IMG/VR virus record: IMGVR_UViG_3300020044_008512
Coordinates: 1-52,020 of that record
Source: a virus
Taxonomy: Duplodnaviria > Caudoviricetes
DNA length: 52,020 nt
Reading direction: 5' to 3' (one strand)
The position numbers were made by a program, and so were the translations under genes. Within the stretch, counting starts at the first letter, position 1, and each line of letters opens with the position of its first letter. Below the pieces are notes generated by a model, which ran no database searches, was not told the DNA's origin, and saw only the letters and a list, made by a program, of their open reading frames with translations. Below, in pieces: positions 1 through 9,880 of the stretch.

Positions 1-121
1 ACAGAGACTCTCTAGACCATGCTGACGGCAAGTGGCAGCGTTTTCTTGAATACGCCAAAAAGCAGAAGAACGCTTACTTCTTTGGGATGGGCGATTATCT
101 GGATAGCACCAGCACCAGCGA
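1..121. repeat. Terminal direct overlap, identical to 51900-52020 (circular assembly)
   Basis: 121 nt exact match between the two ends; an ORF reads through the join. Confidence 0.97.
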
Positions 122-791
122 GCGTGAATGCCTTGGCTCCATTTCGCCAAAGATGCACGACACATTTAGGAAGGACATAGAGCTTCTTCAGATGGCAAAA
201 GTCGAGCTGATTGCAAAAGAGCTTTCATTCATGAAGGGCCGAATAATCGGCATGCTAAATGGAAACCATTATTACAATTTTCACAAAACTGGAATCAATG
301 GAGACCAAAAGCTTTGCGAGCTTCTTGACGCCAAATATCTTGGCGTTTGTTCGTTTGTAAGGCTTTTCATGCAGTCCGAAGGTCGGGCATTGTCTCGCGA
401 CATCTTTGCTCATCACGGAGCCGGAGCCGCTAGGCTTGTTGGCGGTTCAATAAACAGAGTCCAGCAGATGGCCGAAGGCGCTGAAGCTGACATTTATGCG
501 ATGGGACACGACCATAAGCGAGCGGCTGTTCCGGCTCAGCCCAGGTTGTTTTTGACAAACATTTCAAACCAAGGATTGAAAGTTCAGCAGCGCGAGCCTG
601 TTGTTCTTAGGACTGGAAGCTTTCTGGCAAGTTTTAGGAACGGGCAGGTTAACTACAATGTTGACGCTTGCAGGCCTCCGTCTTCTCTTGGGCACGTTGA
701 AGTCATTATCACGGTTATACAAAACCGAAAACAAATTGACGGAAAACGCTACCGAGAATCTGACGAAGTTGAAATGCAGGTGCTTTCCTAA
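1..791 (+). CDS. Calcineurin-like metallophosphoesterase (3' part; gene starts at GTG 51809 and spans the origin)
   Basis: Motifs GDVH (at the join), GDYLD, GNH, HHG and GHDH in order. Confidence 0.85.
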   Translation, partial: RDSLDHADGKWQRFLEYAKKQKNAYFFGMGDYLDSTSTSERECLGSISPKMHDTFRKDIELLQMAKVELIAKELSFMKGRIIGMLNGNHYYNFHKTGINGDQKLCELLDAKYLGVCSFVRLFMQSEGRALSRDIFAHHGAGAARLVGGSINRVQQMAEGAEADIYAMGHDHKRAAVPAQPRLFLTNISNQGLKVQQREPVVLRTGSFLASFRNGQVNYNVDACRPPSSLGHVEVIITVIQNRKQIDGKRYRESDEVEMQVLS

Positions 792-2623
792 TTGTAGGTA
801 AGCTCTCCTTCTTTCCAAAGCTTGTCAGACCTTTCCTTCAGCTTGCGCTTCCAAGCGTTGCTGGCTTTGTTTTCTTCTGTTTTGGCATACAAACCTTGGA
901 ACACAAATCCAAGCCGCCTTGCGCCTTCCACGCCTATTGCCAGCGCATCAAACAAGTCTGGCGAATAGCCCGTCTTGCTTTTCATGGTGGCCTTGCTTTC
1001 GACTTCAATCTTGTTCTTGCCAACCATGCGCCATTCGCGCTGACAGCCTTCCTTGAGGACCGCTTCGGTCATGCCGCGAAATTGGCCCGACTCAATCGCA
1101 AGCCTCACGCTAAACCATAGCTCCGTTACGAATTTGCTGTAATGCTGGTTGCAGGGAACCTGAAGCTGCGAAGACACCATCCTGTCTGACGGAGTGCCGC
1201 CGCAATCAATGGAATTCACCTGAGGCGTCCAAAGCCTTCCAAAAGCAGTCACCAAGCTGGTGCGCATGCCAGAATCAAAGAAGAAATGACTTGGGTCAAT
1301 GAATCGCTTGCCGCACTGCTCCTTGACGAAATTGACAATTTGTTCTTCAGGTTCAACATCAATTTTGACGTTAATCGGAACATTTATTAGGTCTACTAAT
1401 GCAATAATTTGCTTTTTCTTATAATTGCTTGGGTTTTGATTGGTGACGTTCCAAAGCACGGAGGACGAATCTGTTTCTGGAATCATCTCAAACCCAAGCT
1501 TGAGCTGTCCGAATACGCACCTGTCGCCGCCGACCCCCTTGTAGGCTGCGTCCAAGAAGCCGATATTGATGTGGTTGCTGTCTGCCCACACGGGGTCTTC
1601 CATTGCGCCATTCTTTTGGCAAAGCTGTCTGGTTAGCACCCTGCGGCTTCCCTGACCTTTTGGCATCATACCTTGGTTCATCATGGTGAACTGAAGGGAA
1701 TCCTTGCCGTATTGCGAAATATCGCGGTCAATCGCTTCCTGTGTGATTAGCGGGATTCCGAGATGTCCGTCTAGGTTTGGCGAGTCTGTTCCAACCAGCT
1801 GAAGGCATACGCCGTCTGGGCGCCTTGTTTTCCACGACTTTGTTACTGGGTTCTGGTCAACACCGCCCTCCCACCCTCCAAGCTCAAAGGCGGGCTCGCA
1901 GAGAGCGCCAAGGGCATCTGTGGTTTCCTTTGGGTTGCCAAGCCCAATAGCCTTAAAGTCTGGGTTTTTGTCCAAGTTAGATATGGCGAACACAAACGCA
2001 GGCGGAAGCAGCTGAAGCTCATCCGCAATGAGCCTGACCCGCTTGTTCTTCAAGCCGATGAAATCGCCAAGTCCAACGTAATTGCCACCGCTTTTGCATG
2101 GCACCCCAATGATTCCGTTACGGAAGTCGCGACCGTCCTCGCTATCATCCCTGTGGTCTGTCACCAAACGCAAGCGGCCTTCAATAAGGTTTCCAGGAAG
2201 TTCAGGCCAAATCTTCTTTGCCGCTTTGTGGTATTTCTTGATTTCGCCCCAGATGCGGTCTTCGAGACGCTCTTTTGTGGTTGAGCAAATGATGACGCTG
2301 GTGCATTCAGGCCAGACGTAATAGTCGGCAAGTCCGTCCGTAGCGGCTCCGTTTGTCTTTCCGCTGCTGGCTGGCCCGATAACTCCGATGGTTCTGTGGG
2401 TAAGATACTCTTGAAGCTGCAATTCGTTCCACCTATGCCACATCTTCATCGTCGGCCACAGCAGGGATTCAAATCTCTTGTAGTGCTCAAACAGCCCGTC
2501 GCCAAAGGTTTTTCCTTCTTTATTCTTCCATTGACCACCACGGCGAATCATCTGACGCTCAATTTCAAGCTCTGAAGTTCCCGTGGGCCATTTGAGTCCG
2601 TAACGAATTAAAGGTGCAGCCAT
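788..2623 (-). CDS. terL: Terminase large subunit
   Basis: Walker A GPASSGKT, Walker B RLIADE, coupling motif GLGNP, nuclease acidic motifs GFLDAA..GGDRCV and SPDLFDA. Confidence 0.9.
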   Translation of the reverse strand: MAAPLIRYGLKWPTGTSELEIERQMIRRGGQWKNKEGKTFGDGLFEHYKRFESLLWPTMKMWHRWNELQLQEYLTHRTIGVIGPASSGKTNGAATDGLADYYVWPECTSVIICSTTKERLEDRIWGEIKKYHKAAKKIWPELPGNLIEGRLRLVTDHRDDSEDGRDFRNGIIGVPCKSGGNYVGLGDFIGLKNKRVRLIADELQLLPPAFVFAISNLDKNPDFKAIGLGNPKETTDALGALCEPAFELGGWEGGVDQNPVTKSWKTRRPDGVCLQLVGTDSPNLDGHLGIPLITQEAIDRDISQYGKDSLQFTMMNQGMMPKGQGSRRVLTRQLCQKNGAMEDPVWADSNHINIGFLDAAYKGVGGDRCVFGQLKLGFEMIPETDSSSVLWNVTNQNPSNYKKKQIIALVDLINVPINVKIDVEPEEQIVNFVKEQCGKRFIDPSHFFFDSGMRTSLVTAFGRLWTPQVNSIDCGGTPSDRMVSSQLQVPCNQHYSKFVTELWFSVRLAIESGQFRGMTEAVLKEGCQREWRMVGKNKIEVESKATMKSKTGYSPDLFDALAIGVEGARRLGFVFQGLYAKTEENKASNAWKRKLKERSDKLWKEGELTYN

Positions 2624-2630
2624 GGTTTAA

Positions 2631-2658
2631 ATTATGCAGTTGATTTGCATTAATTCAA
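2631..2658 (-). promoter_or_regulatory. Candidate sigma70-type promoter for terL (TTGAAT-N16-CATAAT, 7 nt before ATG)
   Basis: Near-consensus hexamers in the 59-nt divergent gap. Confidence 0.35.
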
Positions 2659-2682
2659 GGTATATATGTATTAGCAAAGATT

Positions 2683-2913
2683 ATGAGCCAATTAGTAACA
2701 ACGCCTGCTTTTGATTCTGGATGCCCTGGAACTGCTGTTTCTATTGATATGACATCAAACCCCAATTTATTTTACGACATCACAAACGGAACTCCGTCAA
2801 CTATTGGCACAGTTCCGCCTGACCCGAGCCTTGGATGCACTGCATTTGAGCTTAACGGCTCTGGTCCTATCTTTGTTTGGAACCCTTTAACCGCAAGCTG
2901 GTCTGCTAATTAA
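2683..2913 (+). CDS. Small hypothetical virion-region protein
   Basis: 76 aa; first gene of a tightly packed + strand tail cluster; ends IFVWNPLTASW. Confidence 0.6.
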   Translation: MSQLVTTPAFDSGCPGTAVSIDMTSNPNLFYDITNGTPSTIGTVPPDPSLGCTAFELNGSGPIFVWNPLTASWSAN

Positions 2914-2914
2914 T

Positions 2915-3736
2915 ATGAAAAAATTGATTGCCTTATTATTGTTGCTGTCGTCCGTTGCCTGCAAATCTCAGTACTATTTGCCAGCAACAAACTTTTATCA
3001 ATACATTGCAACAAATGTTCCAACAATTGGTCCTAACACAACTGTCTCAAACCTTACAATTACTGGAACGGCAACCGCCACAAACATCAAATCTGGCACC
3101 GTTTACACCACAAATTTAAACGCTTACAACATTTTTGGAACAAACCAAATTACTTCGTATGGTCCAATAAATGCGTCAACAGACATATACGCAACTAACA
3201 ATTTGTATACTGCTGGCATTTTTGACATGACTGGCTCAGGTTCTGGAAAGTATTTTTATCTAGCCACAAGCGGAAACATAAGGATTCACAATAACAATTC
3301 TTACAATGTGGCAAGCTGGGACACTGGCAGTTTTGTTTTAAATCCTCCGTCTGCATCTGGTTCAATCAATTTAAGCTACGCAAATGGAACTGGAGGCGTA
3401 ATTTTTGGAAACGGGTCAAGCGGAGCAGCTGGTTCAATTAGTTCTTCTGGAAACTTTACAAATGCAGGCTCAATTAATTCGGCTGGCAACATTGTTGCAT
3501 GGGGAAACATCACCAACAAGGGCGGGTATTACGGCGCTGGCAATATCACAAACACTGGCTCTTATAATAGTCCAGCGGCAATAATTACATCCGCTCCAAT
3601 TTCATGCAATGTTGTTACCAACAATGGATTTGTTTGGTACACTGTTTCTAATTCAACCGCAGCAAACGGAAGCTTGTTGACTCTTACTGACGCATTTTAT
3701 TTTAGGGTTACTAACGGATGGTTTAGAATTAAATAA
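2915..3736 (+). CDS. Fibre/spike-like Asn/Gly/Thr-rich protein with N-terminal signal peptide
   Basis: MKKLIALLLLLSSVAC N-terminus; GNITNxG-like repeats. Confidence 0.6.
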   Translation: MKKLIALLLLLSSVACKSQYYLPATNFYQYIATNVPTIGPNTTVSNLTITGTATATNIKSGTVYTTNLNAYNIFGTNQITSYGPINASTDIYATNNLYTAGIFDMTGSGSGKYFYLATSGNIRIHNNNSYNVASWDTGSFVLNPPSASGSINLSYANGTGGVIFGNGSSGAAGSISSSGNFTNAGSINSAGNIVAWGNITNKGGYYGAGNITNTGSYNSPAAIITSAPISCNVVTNNGFVWYTVSNSTAANGSLLTLTDAFYFRVTNGWFRIK

Positions 3737-3737
3737 T

Positions 3738-4931
3738 ATGCCAGAAGGAAAAAAGTTTTACGGATACTTCAGAGCGTTTCCAAAAGGAATCAATGCTGAT
3801 GTTGACCCGTTGCTGCTTCCTGCCGACCAGTTGGCAATGGCTACAAACGCTACAATGCGTGGCACGTTTGTAAATGAACGACCCAGGTTTCAAAAACAAA
3901 CCATAAAATACGATTCTGACGCAACAAAAGCTGCTTTCCAGTCTGGGTGGTTCCAAGGCGCAACGTATTACAGAAGCCCTCAAAACGGCTATATTATGTG
4001 CGCTGTTGCAGGAAGGCTTTATGCTTTTTCTATTGGCGCCAATGGTTCAATTCTTTTGTCTGAAATCAAACAGACAAGCTCAATTCCAAATCCCAACCCG
4101 TCGTTCCCAAATGCTCCTTTGAACCTTATTGCAACGGCTGGAGATTCTTCTGTCGACTTGCAGTGGGATATTGTCGATGGCGCAATTCAATACACTGTAA
4201 AAAGGTCAACAACAAGCGGGTCTGGATATGTCAGCCTTGGCTCGCTCACAAACAATCTTTATACGGATTCTACAGCCGTAAACGGGACAACTTATTATTA
4301 CGTTGTTTCAGCAACTAACAGCGGCGGGGAAAGCGCAAATTCAGCCCAAGTCAGCGCAAGTCCAATTTCAGCTCTTACTCCTGGAATACCTGTAATGATT
4401 GCCCACAACTCAGTTAAATCTGGGTCAGTTGGAATGGCATGGGACATTGAAAAAGCAATCGCATCAAATTGCACGTCTGTAATTGTTTACAGGTCTTCTT
4501 CTTTAAATGGAACGTATTCAAACATTATAGAACTTGATGTTAATTGCGGGGTTTATATTGATACTGGAAGAACAAATGGCGTAAACAATTATTACAAGCT
4601 TGCTGGCCTGAATGGAACTGTTGAAGGAAGCAAAAGCGTTGGTTTTGCAATTTCATCAAAAACTGGCAATCAAGTTACGTCTAATTCGTATCCTATAACT
4701 GGTGATTATGCTGGCTCATATTTCCATGTAATAGCCGACGAGTTTTATTCAGATGTTACAACAGGCGCAAATGAAGCAGGTTTTTGGTATCCGTGGCCGT
4801 CATCTACAACTAATTACGGAAGCGGCACAATTCAATTGTTTGGATTAACTTGCCAGCTAATTAGGTTTTACGGCGGAACATTTAACAGCATGCCTGGAAA
4901 TGCAGTCACAGCAACAGTAACCCCTGTATAA
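3738..4931 (+). CDS. Tail nozzle N-terminal segment fused to fibronectin type III domains
   Basis: N-terminus FPKGINADVDP...ATNATMRG...FQGA resembles podovirus nozzle starts; FnIII motifs APLNLIATAGDSSVDLQW and YYYVVSATNSGGES. Confidence 0.6.
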   Translation: MPEGKKFYGYFRAFPKGINADVDPLLLPADQLAMATNATMRGTFVNERPRFQKQTIKYDSDATKAAFQSGWFQGATYYRSPQNGYIMCAVAGRLYAFSIGANGSILLSEIKQTSSIPNPNPSFPNAPLNLIATAGDSSVDLQWDIVDGAIQYTVKRSTTSGSGYVSLGSLTNNLYTDSTAVNGTTYYYVVSATNSGGESANSAQVSASPISALTPGIPVMIAHNSVKSGSVGMAWDIEKAIASNCTSVIVYRSSSLNGTYSNIIELDVNCGVYIDTGRTNGVNNYYKLAGLNGTVEGSKSVGFAISSKTGNQVTSNSYPITGDYAGSYFHVIADEFYSDVTTGANEAGFWYPWPSSTTNYGSGTIQLFGLTCQLIRFYGGTFNSMPGNAVTATVTPV

Positions 4932-4932
4932 A

Positions 4933-7587
4933 ATGCCTATAACCAATTCACCAACAGCTAGGCAAAACTGGTTATGGCAATCAGAGCAGTTCCTCATTTG
5001 GAATGATGGGATAAGCTTGCCAGTAATTTATGATGGAACTGGCCTTAGAAGGTCAAACGGAGCGTCAACTCAATCTATTGGCAACATCACCGCAGACCTT
5101 ACTATTCCAAAAGTCGGAGAAGTTGTTTCGTCAAACACGACAACTTTGCTTGGCTCTTCTTACTTGAAGCAGTCTGTTCTTGTTGGAACGTCTCAATTTG
5201 TAATTACTAAAATAGGCGGAGATACGACTGCGTCTTCAATAAATGTAACAAAGCAAAATATTTTGGTTGGCAACGCTTCAGACCAGCTGCTTAACGCTCC
5301 GCCAATTCAAACAGTTGTTTATAAAACGTCTAATTACAATTGCTACATCAACAGCGCAACTGCTGTAAATCAGGCCGGAAACGTTATTACTGATTGGGGA
5401 CAAGCAAATTTTCTTGCTCCAGTTCCAGCGTCTGGCGGCACAGCAGCAACTTCATTTAGCGTATCTATTGCAGCTGCAACTGTATGGGACCCAACTTACA
5501 ATACTCAAGCAAATCGGCCAGCAATGTCTGTTAATGACACTGTTTTAATTAACGGTTATCAATGTAAAGTTTTATCGCTTGCGTATGATTTGGGAGTTCA
5601 AACAAATTCTATAAGAAGTGCAACGCTAGTTCCTCTTAATGTTTCTGCAACTGGTCATGCTATATCTGGCACATGCACTCCTGCACCTCACAGCTGGTGC
5701 GTGCAGCGTGATATTTTTAATAATTGCACTTTATACGCTAATTCAAGCACTACTCCATTTGCTGTTACAGGCACTGGAACAATGAACGGCGGAACAAGCG
5801 GAACAGCTTCCGCTAATAACTTTTTTACAGTTGCGCTAAACGTAACCCCAGACGGGCTTGCGTCTGGAACTCAATACACTTTTAATGCAACATCTACAAA
5901 TATGCAGGTGTGCATATTTACAGGATTTGTAAGCGGTGCAAATTTGATTAATTGTAAAATTGTTCAAAAGCCAACATCTTCAGCTCCAATTAATGTTGTT
6001 ACTGGAAATCCAACATCTTTAAACCAGTATATTTTTTGCCAGCAGGGCGGCACTACATCCATTGGCACTATTTTTGCAACTGTAAATGTAAGCTCAATAG
6101 GCTTTCAGCTTTCTTCTGGGGCAGCTGTTCAAGCAGGTCAATTGCTTCTTGCTCAGGCAGCTGTTGGCGGAACTGTTCAAAATTATTACGATTACTTTTT
6201 TGTAACTGCTGTTCAAACGCAGCAGGGAACAACAACTAATTACGTTCAGCTGCAAAACCAAACTGGCGTTACTGGAAGCGTTATTCCTGCAAATACCGCC
6301 ATTGTTCCGATTCCAGAGCTTCCAGTTGGAACCATTGGAGTTTACGGGCTTGGTAGAAATTGGATGTCGTTGCCGGACGGCAAAAGCTACATAGCCGGAG
6401 ACCTTGTTGGCTCGTCGTCTGGAACAAACGTATCTCCTACAAATTATAGATTTGTTGATGCTATCTTAAAAGTAAGCCAAAACCAATTCCTTGCAGGAGG
6501 CCAAGTGAATGGAACTGGCCTTGCGTTTGTTGTTCCTGGAGCTGGTGAAAAGATTAGGGCGATGCAGTTTACCGCTCAGCTAGACACTTCAATCGGCCAA
6601 GGACCATTGCAAATATTCACAGACGATACTGTATTTTCTAATGCTGCTCCTGCCGATGCAACAACTTGGGCAAAACTGACAAGCCCGATTCAAACCGAAG
6701 GCCTTATTGGTTCTGGGGCAATATCTCAATATGCGATAGCGCAAACAAACGGAGATTTGTTTTTTAGGCTTTCTGACGGCGGAGTCCAATCAATGTTGAT
6801 GGCTAGGCTTGATTTCAACAAATGGGGAAACACTCCAATAAGCATTGAAGTTAGCCCAATAATCAGGGACGACAATGCATCGTTGCTTCCGTTTACAAGC
6901 ATGACGACGTTTGACAACCGATTGCTGATGACTTGCAAGTTTGTTGAGTATTCCAGAGGTGTGTGCGGCCAATCAATTGTATCGTTAAACTTTGACCCTA
7001 TTAGCAATCTTTCTGGAAAAGCTCCAGCAATTTGGGAAGGGGAATGGACAGGCATTAACGTGCTTCAATTTGTTACTGGATTCTTTAATGACACAAAGCA
7101 ATGCTATGCTATTTGCCTTTCAGATGACGGAACCGAAATACAGCTTTACAGAATTTTGACGGATTCGGAATCTAAATTAGAATCCAATTACGATTCGTTT
7201 GCTTGGTCATTTGAATCTCCAATGATGGTTGTTGACCAGCCAAGCGGTCAGCGCCCGTACAAAAGACTTTTAAGCGGTGAGTTTTCATTAACTCAAATCC
7301 AATCAGACATTAATTACACCGTTTATTATCGTTCTGACCAAAACCCAAATTGGACTTATTGGTATTCTTCTGTGATTAAATATCAGGGAGAGTCCGACCC
7401 AGGTTATCGCCGAAGGGTGTCTCTTGGCTCACCAAGCGGAACGGTGTACGACCCATCAAACAACTCACCATTGCGAGAAGGATTTAATTTTCAAGTTAAG
7501 GTTTTGTTTTCTGCTCCTTGCATGCTTACAAACTTTAAGCTTGTTGCAGACGAAGTCCCAGAACCCACAATCCTTTTGCCAACATGA
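4933..7587 (+). CDS. Tail nozzle/stabilisation protein (P22 gp10/T7 gp12-like), main part, with a large Thr/Asn-rich insertion
   Basis: 884 aa beta-rich; YGLGRNW, AGDLVG, DNRLL and WEGEWTG motifs; position before the adaptor. Confidence 0.55.
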   Translation: MPITNSPTARQNWLWQSEQFLIWNDGISLPVIYDGTGLRRSNGASTQSIGNITADLTIPKVGEVVSSNTTTLLGSSYLKQSVLVGTSQFVITKIGGDTTASSINVTKQNILVGNASDQLLNAPPIQTVVYKTSNYNCYINSATAVNQAGNVITDWGQANFLAPVPASGGTAATSFSVSIAAATVWDPTYNTQANRPAMSVNDTVLINGYQCKVLSLAYDLGVQTNSIRSATLVPLNVSATGHAISGTCTPAPHSWCVQRDIFNNCTLYANSSTTPFAVTGTGTMNGGTSGTASANNFFTVALNVTPDGLASGTQYTFNATSTNMQVCIFTGFVSGANLINCKIVQKPTSSAPINVVTGNPTSLNQYIFCQQGGTTSIGTIFATVNVSSIGFQLSSGAAVQAGQLLLAQAAVGGTVQNYYDYFFVTAVQTQQGTTTNYVQLQNQTGVTGSVIPANTAIVPIPELPVGTIGVYGLGRNWMSLPDGKSYIAGDLVGSSSGTNVSPTNYRFVDAILKVSQNQFLAGGQVNGTGLAFVVPGAGEKIRAMQFTAQLDTSIGQGPLQIFTDDTVFSNAAPADATTWAKLTSPIQTEGLIGSGAISQYAIAQTNGDLFFRLSDGGVQSMLMARLDFNKWGNTPISIEVSPIIRDDNASLLPFTSMTTFDNRLLMTCKFVEYSRGVCGQSIVSLNFDPISNLSGKAPAIWEGEWTGINVLQFVTGFFNDTKQCYAICLSDDGTEIQLYRILTDSESKLESNYDSFAWSFESPMMVVDQPSGQRPYKRLLSGEFSLTQIQSDINYTVYYRSDQNPNWTYWYSSVIKYQGESDPGYRRRVSLGSPSGTVYDPSNNSPLREGFNFQVKVLFSAPCMLTNFKLVADEVPEPTILLPT

Positions 7588-8870
7588 GGTCTTTATTATT
7601 GCCATATCAATCTGGTAGGCCGATACAGGTGTTTATTGAAAACATTCAATCTGTATTTTACGACAAGGATAATCTTAAAGTAAATGTTGGGCTAAACGGA
7701 AATTTAAATGTTGTTCAGGTAACTGTCACAGATGATGACGATGCCAATGCTTTGATTTATCAAATCAATGCCGCTATAAATTCAGCCTCTGTAAGCACAG
7801 TCATTACTGGAAGCCCAGCAATTCCAACAACTGAACCAGTAAGCGTTGTTGCCACACCAGATTATGGTCAAATATCAATATCTTGGACTAATGATTCAAA
7901 CCCAGCTTACAGCTATTTAATTTATTCTTCTCCAGACAACACGACTTACAGCTTAATAGGAAGCTCTGCCGCGTCTCCATTTATTGATGAAGGAGTTTCA
8001 GCTGGAGAGCATTGGTATTACAAGGTTTCAATAAGCTCAACTGCTGGCGAAGGTCCGCTTTTAACAACTCCAGTTGACGCTACTGGACTTATTCCTGCGG
8101 CTCCAACAAGCCCGTCAGCAACTGCCGGATATTATTCCGTTGATTTGTCATGGACAGGCGTTACTGGAAGCACGGCATTTCCGTATCCATTTTATAGAAT
8201 TTACAGGGATTCCGTTTTGGCTTTTGACAATGTTTACAATTTGTCGGTTACGGACGTTGCGCTTCCTGGAAGTGTTCAAGTGTCTTACGATATAAGCGCT
8301 GTTATAAATAACGTTGAGGGTCCAGTTGTTAACGTTCTTCAAACGCCGAGCTCGTTTACGGCAGTTGCAAGCCCTTCAGTTTTTCAGGGGATTTATTATA
8401 ATCTGGTGTCGTGGACTGCAAAATCTGGCGCTACTGGATACAACATATACAGAAGCGAGTCTTCTGGAGCTGAGACATTTTTAACATCCGTTGGCACAAA
8501 CAGCTTTTTGGATACCGCACTTAGGTACGATACCACTTATTATTACAAAATTACGCCTACCGCAAATTACGGAGAAGGCCCACAATCGTCGGAGGTTAGC
8601 GGACAGCCAAACCATGCGACCTTTTCTTCGTCAACTGGCGGCAGCATTCTTGGAGGAGTAGTCACTTTTTACGGGTCTGATTTTGACCCGTCTCAAGGCG
8701 GATTCATGAGGTTTGGAACGGTGACAATAGTGGACTTGTATTGCACCTATACAAGTTCAACGGAAATGAGCATAAGCGTTCCTGGAGGGCTTACACCTGG
8801 GAATGTGCAGTTTTATTACATGGTAAGCGGAAGCTCTTACCAGCTTCCATTCACAGTTGCATTTACTTGA
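7584..8870 (+). CDS. FnIII-repeat protein with probable C-terminal IPT/TIG Ig domain (tail accessory)
   Basis: Repeated FnIII patterns (VSWTAKSGATGYNIYRS, YYYKIT, EGPQSSEVS); GGVVTFYGSDF TIG-like start. Confidence 0.7.
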   Translation: MRSLLLPYQSGRPIQVFIENIQSVFYDKDNLKVNVGLNGNLNVVQVTVTDDDDANALIYQINAAINSASVSTVITGSPAIPTTEPVSVVATPDYGQISISWTNDSNPAYSYLIYSSPDNTTYSLIGSSAASPFIDEGVSAGEHWYYKVSISSTAGEGPLLTTPVDATGLIPAAPTSPSATAGYYSVDLSWTGVTGSTAFPYPFYRIYRDSVLAFDNVYNLSVTDVALPGSVQVSYDISAVINNVEGPVVNVLQTPSSFTAVASPSVFQGIYYNLVSWTAKSGATGYNIYRSESSGAETFLTSVGTNSFLDTALRYDTTYYYKITPTANYGEGPQSSEVSGQPNHATFSSSTGGSILGGVVTFYGSDFDPSQGGFMRFGTVTIVDLYCTYTSSTEMSISVPGGLTPGNVQFYYMVSGSSYQLPFTVAFT

Positions 8871-8889
8871 AAATATAGGACTATTAGCC

Positions 8890-9879
8890 ATGCTTACTTT
8901 AGGGCAGGTAAAGACAAGTTCAGTTGCGAGCATCGCTGGCGTAAATGTCAGCGACCCGCAATTTACTCTTTACGTCAACGACGCCGTAAGGCAGTTGATG
9001 GACTTGGGGAATGGCGGAAGCCGTGGGTGGTGGGGAACTGTTCAGGCTATCAAGGGAACGGCGTATGATGGCTGCTTTGTGTGGCCGTCAAACGTTATTA
9101 CAGTGCTTGGCATCGCAACGCAAAAGGGCGTGATGCCAATCAGAAACACTTGGTACGATTTTACTTCATTGGGCGACGAGCACAACGAATGGGCTCGCTG
9201 CTGGAAAGACCGACCAGCAATCACGTTTTCTGGAGAGACTTACATATTTAAATCAATCGCAGAAAGCCCCACTTCCTTGATGGCAATTTGCGATACATCG
9301 GCTGATTACAATAAGACCATCACCATTTACGGCATTGATAACAATGGAAAGGAAGTCTTTACCCAGCGTTCAGACAATAGCTTCCAGAGAGGAGCCGTCT
9401 GCACGCTTGGCACTACCATTTCTCGCGTCACATCCGTTCAGTTTTCTTACGTTACTGGCGTTCAAAAAGACCAGACAGTTGGGCCCGTAAGGCTTTACGC
9501 ATATGCGGCAAATACTGGAATTGGTGATTTGCTTGCCATTTATGGCGGCGGGGAAACAAGCCCAAGGTTTCTTTACAGCAAGCTTGCAAGTCCGTGCGTT
9601 ACCATGCCGATAACAGCTCTGGTCAAAATAGGTTTTTCTGCTGTGTCTCAAGATTCCGATGTAATACCTTTGGACAATGTTGACGCGATTAAGTCAATGG
9701 TTCAGTCAATCAGGTCTCGGGAAGCTGGTGACGTGGAAGTGGCAAACGCTCAGGAGAAAGACGCAATGCGCCGATTAGTGGCGCAGGTCAACAGCCGCTT
9801 TCCGCTTGAACAAATGGTCGTTAGATTCCAACCTTTTGGAAGCGACGATTTAAGCAGGCAGACTGTGGGGATGATATAA
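8890..9879 (+). CDS. Head-tail adaptor-like protein
   Basis: N-terminal TLGQVK...YVNDAVRQL helix pattern typical of adaptors; synteny; ATG 8890 preferred over the upstream TTG. Confidence 0.5.
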   Translation: MLTLGQVKTSSVASIAGVNVSDPQFTLYVNDAVRQLMDLGNGGSRGWWGTVQAIKGTAYDGCFVWPSNVITVLGIATQKGVMPIRNTWYDFTSLGDEHNEWARCWKDRPAITFSGETYIFKSIAESPTSLMAICDTSADYNKTITIYGIDNNGKEVFTQRSDNSFQRGAVCTLGTTISRVTSVQFSYVTGVQKDQTVGPVRLYAYAANTGIGDLLAIYGGGETSPRFLYSKLASPCVTMPITALVKIGFSAVSQDSDVIPLDNVDAIKSMVQSIRSREAGDVEVANAQEKDAMRRLVAQVNSRFPLEQMVVRFQPFGSDDLSRQTVGMI

Positions 9880-9880
9880 T

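Noticed and set aside
4925-4935. Stop-codon readthrough or recoding joining ORFs 3738 and 4933
   Set aside because: The ORFs are in different frames, no slippery heptamer is seen, TAA-A-ATG spacing matches other gene junctions, and the standard code gives full coding density
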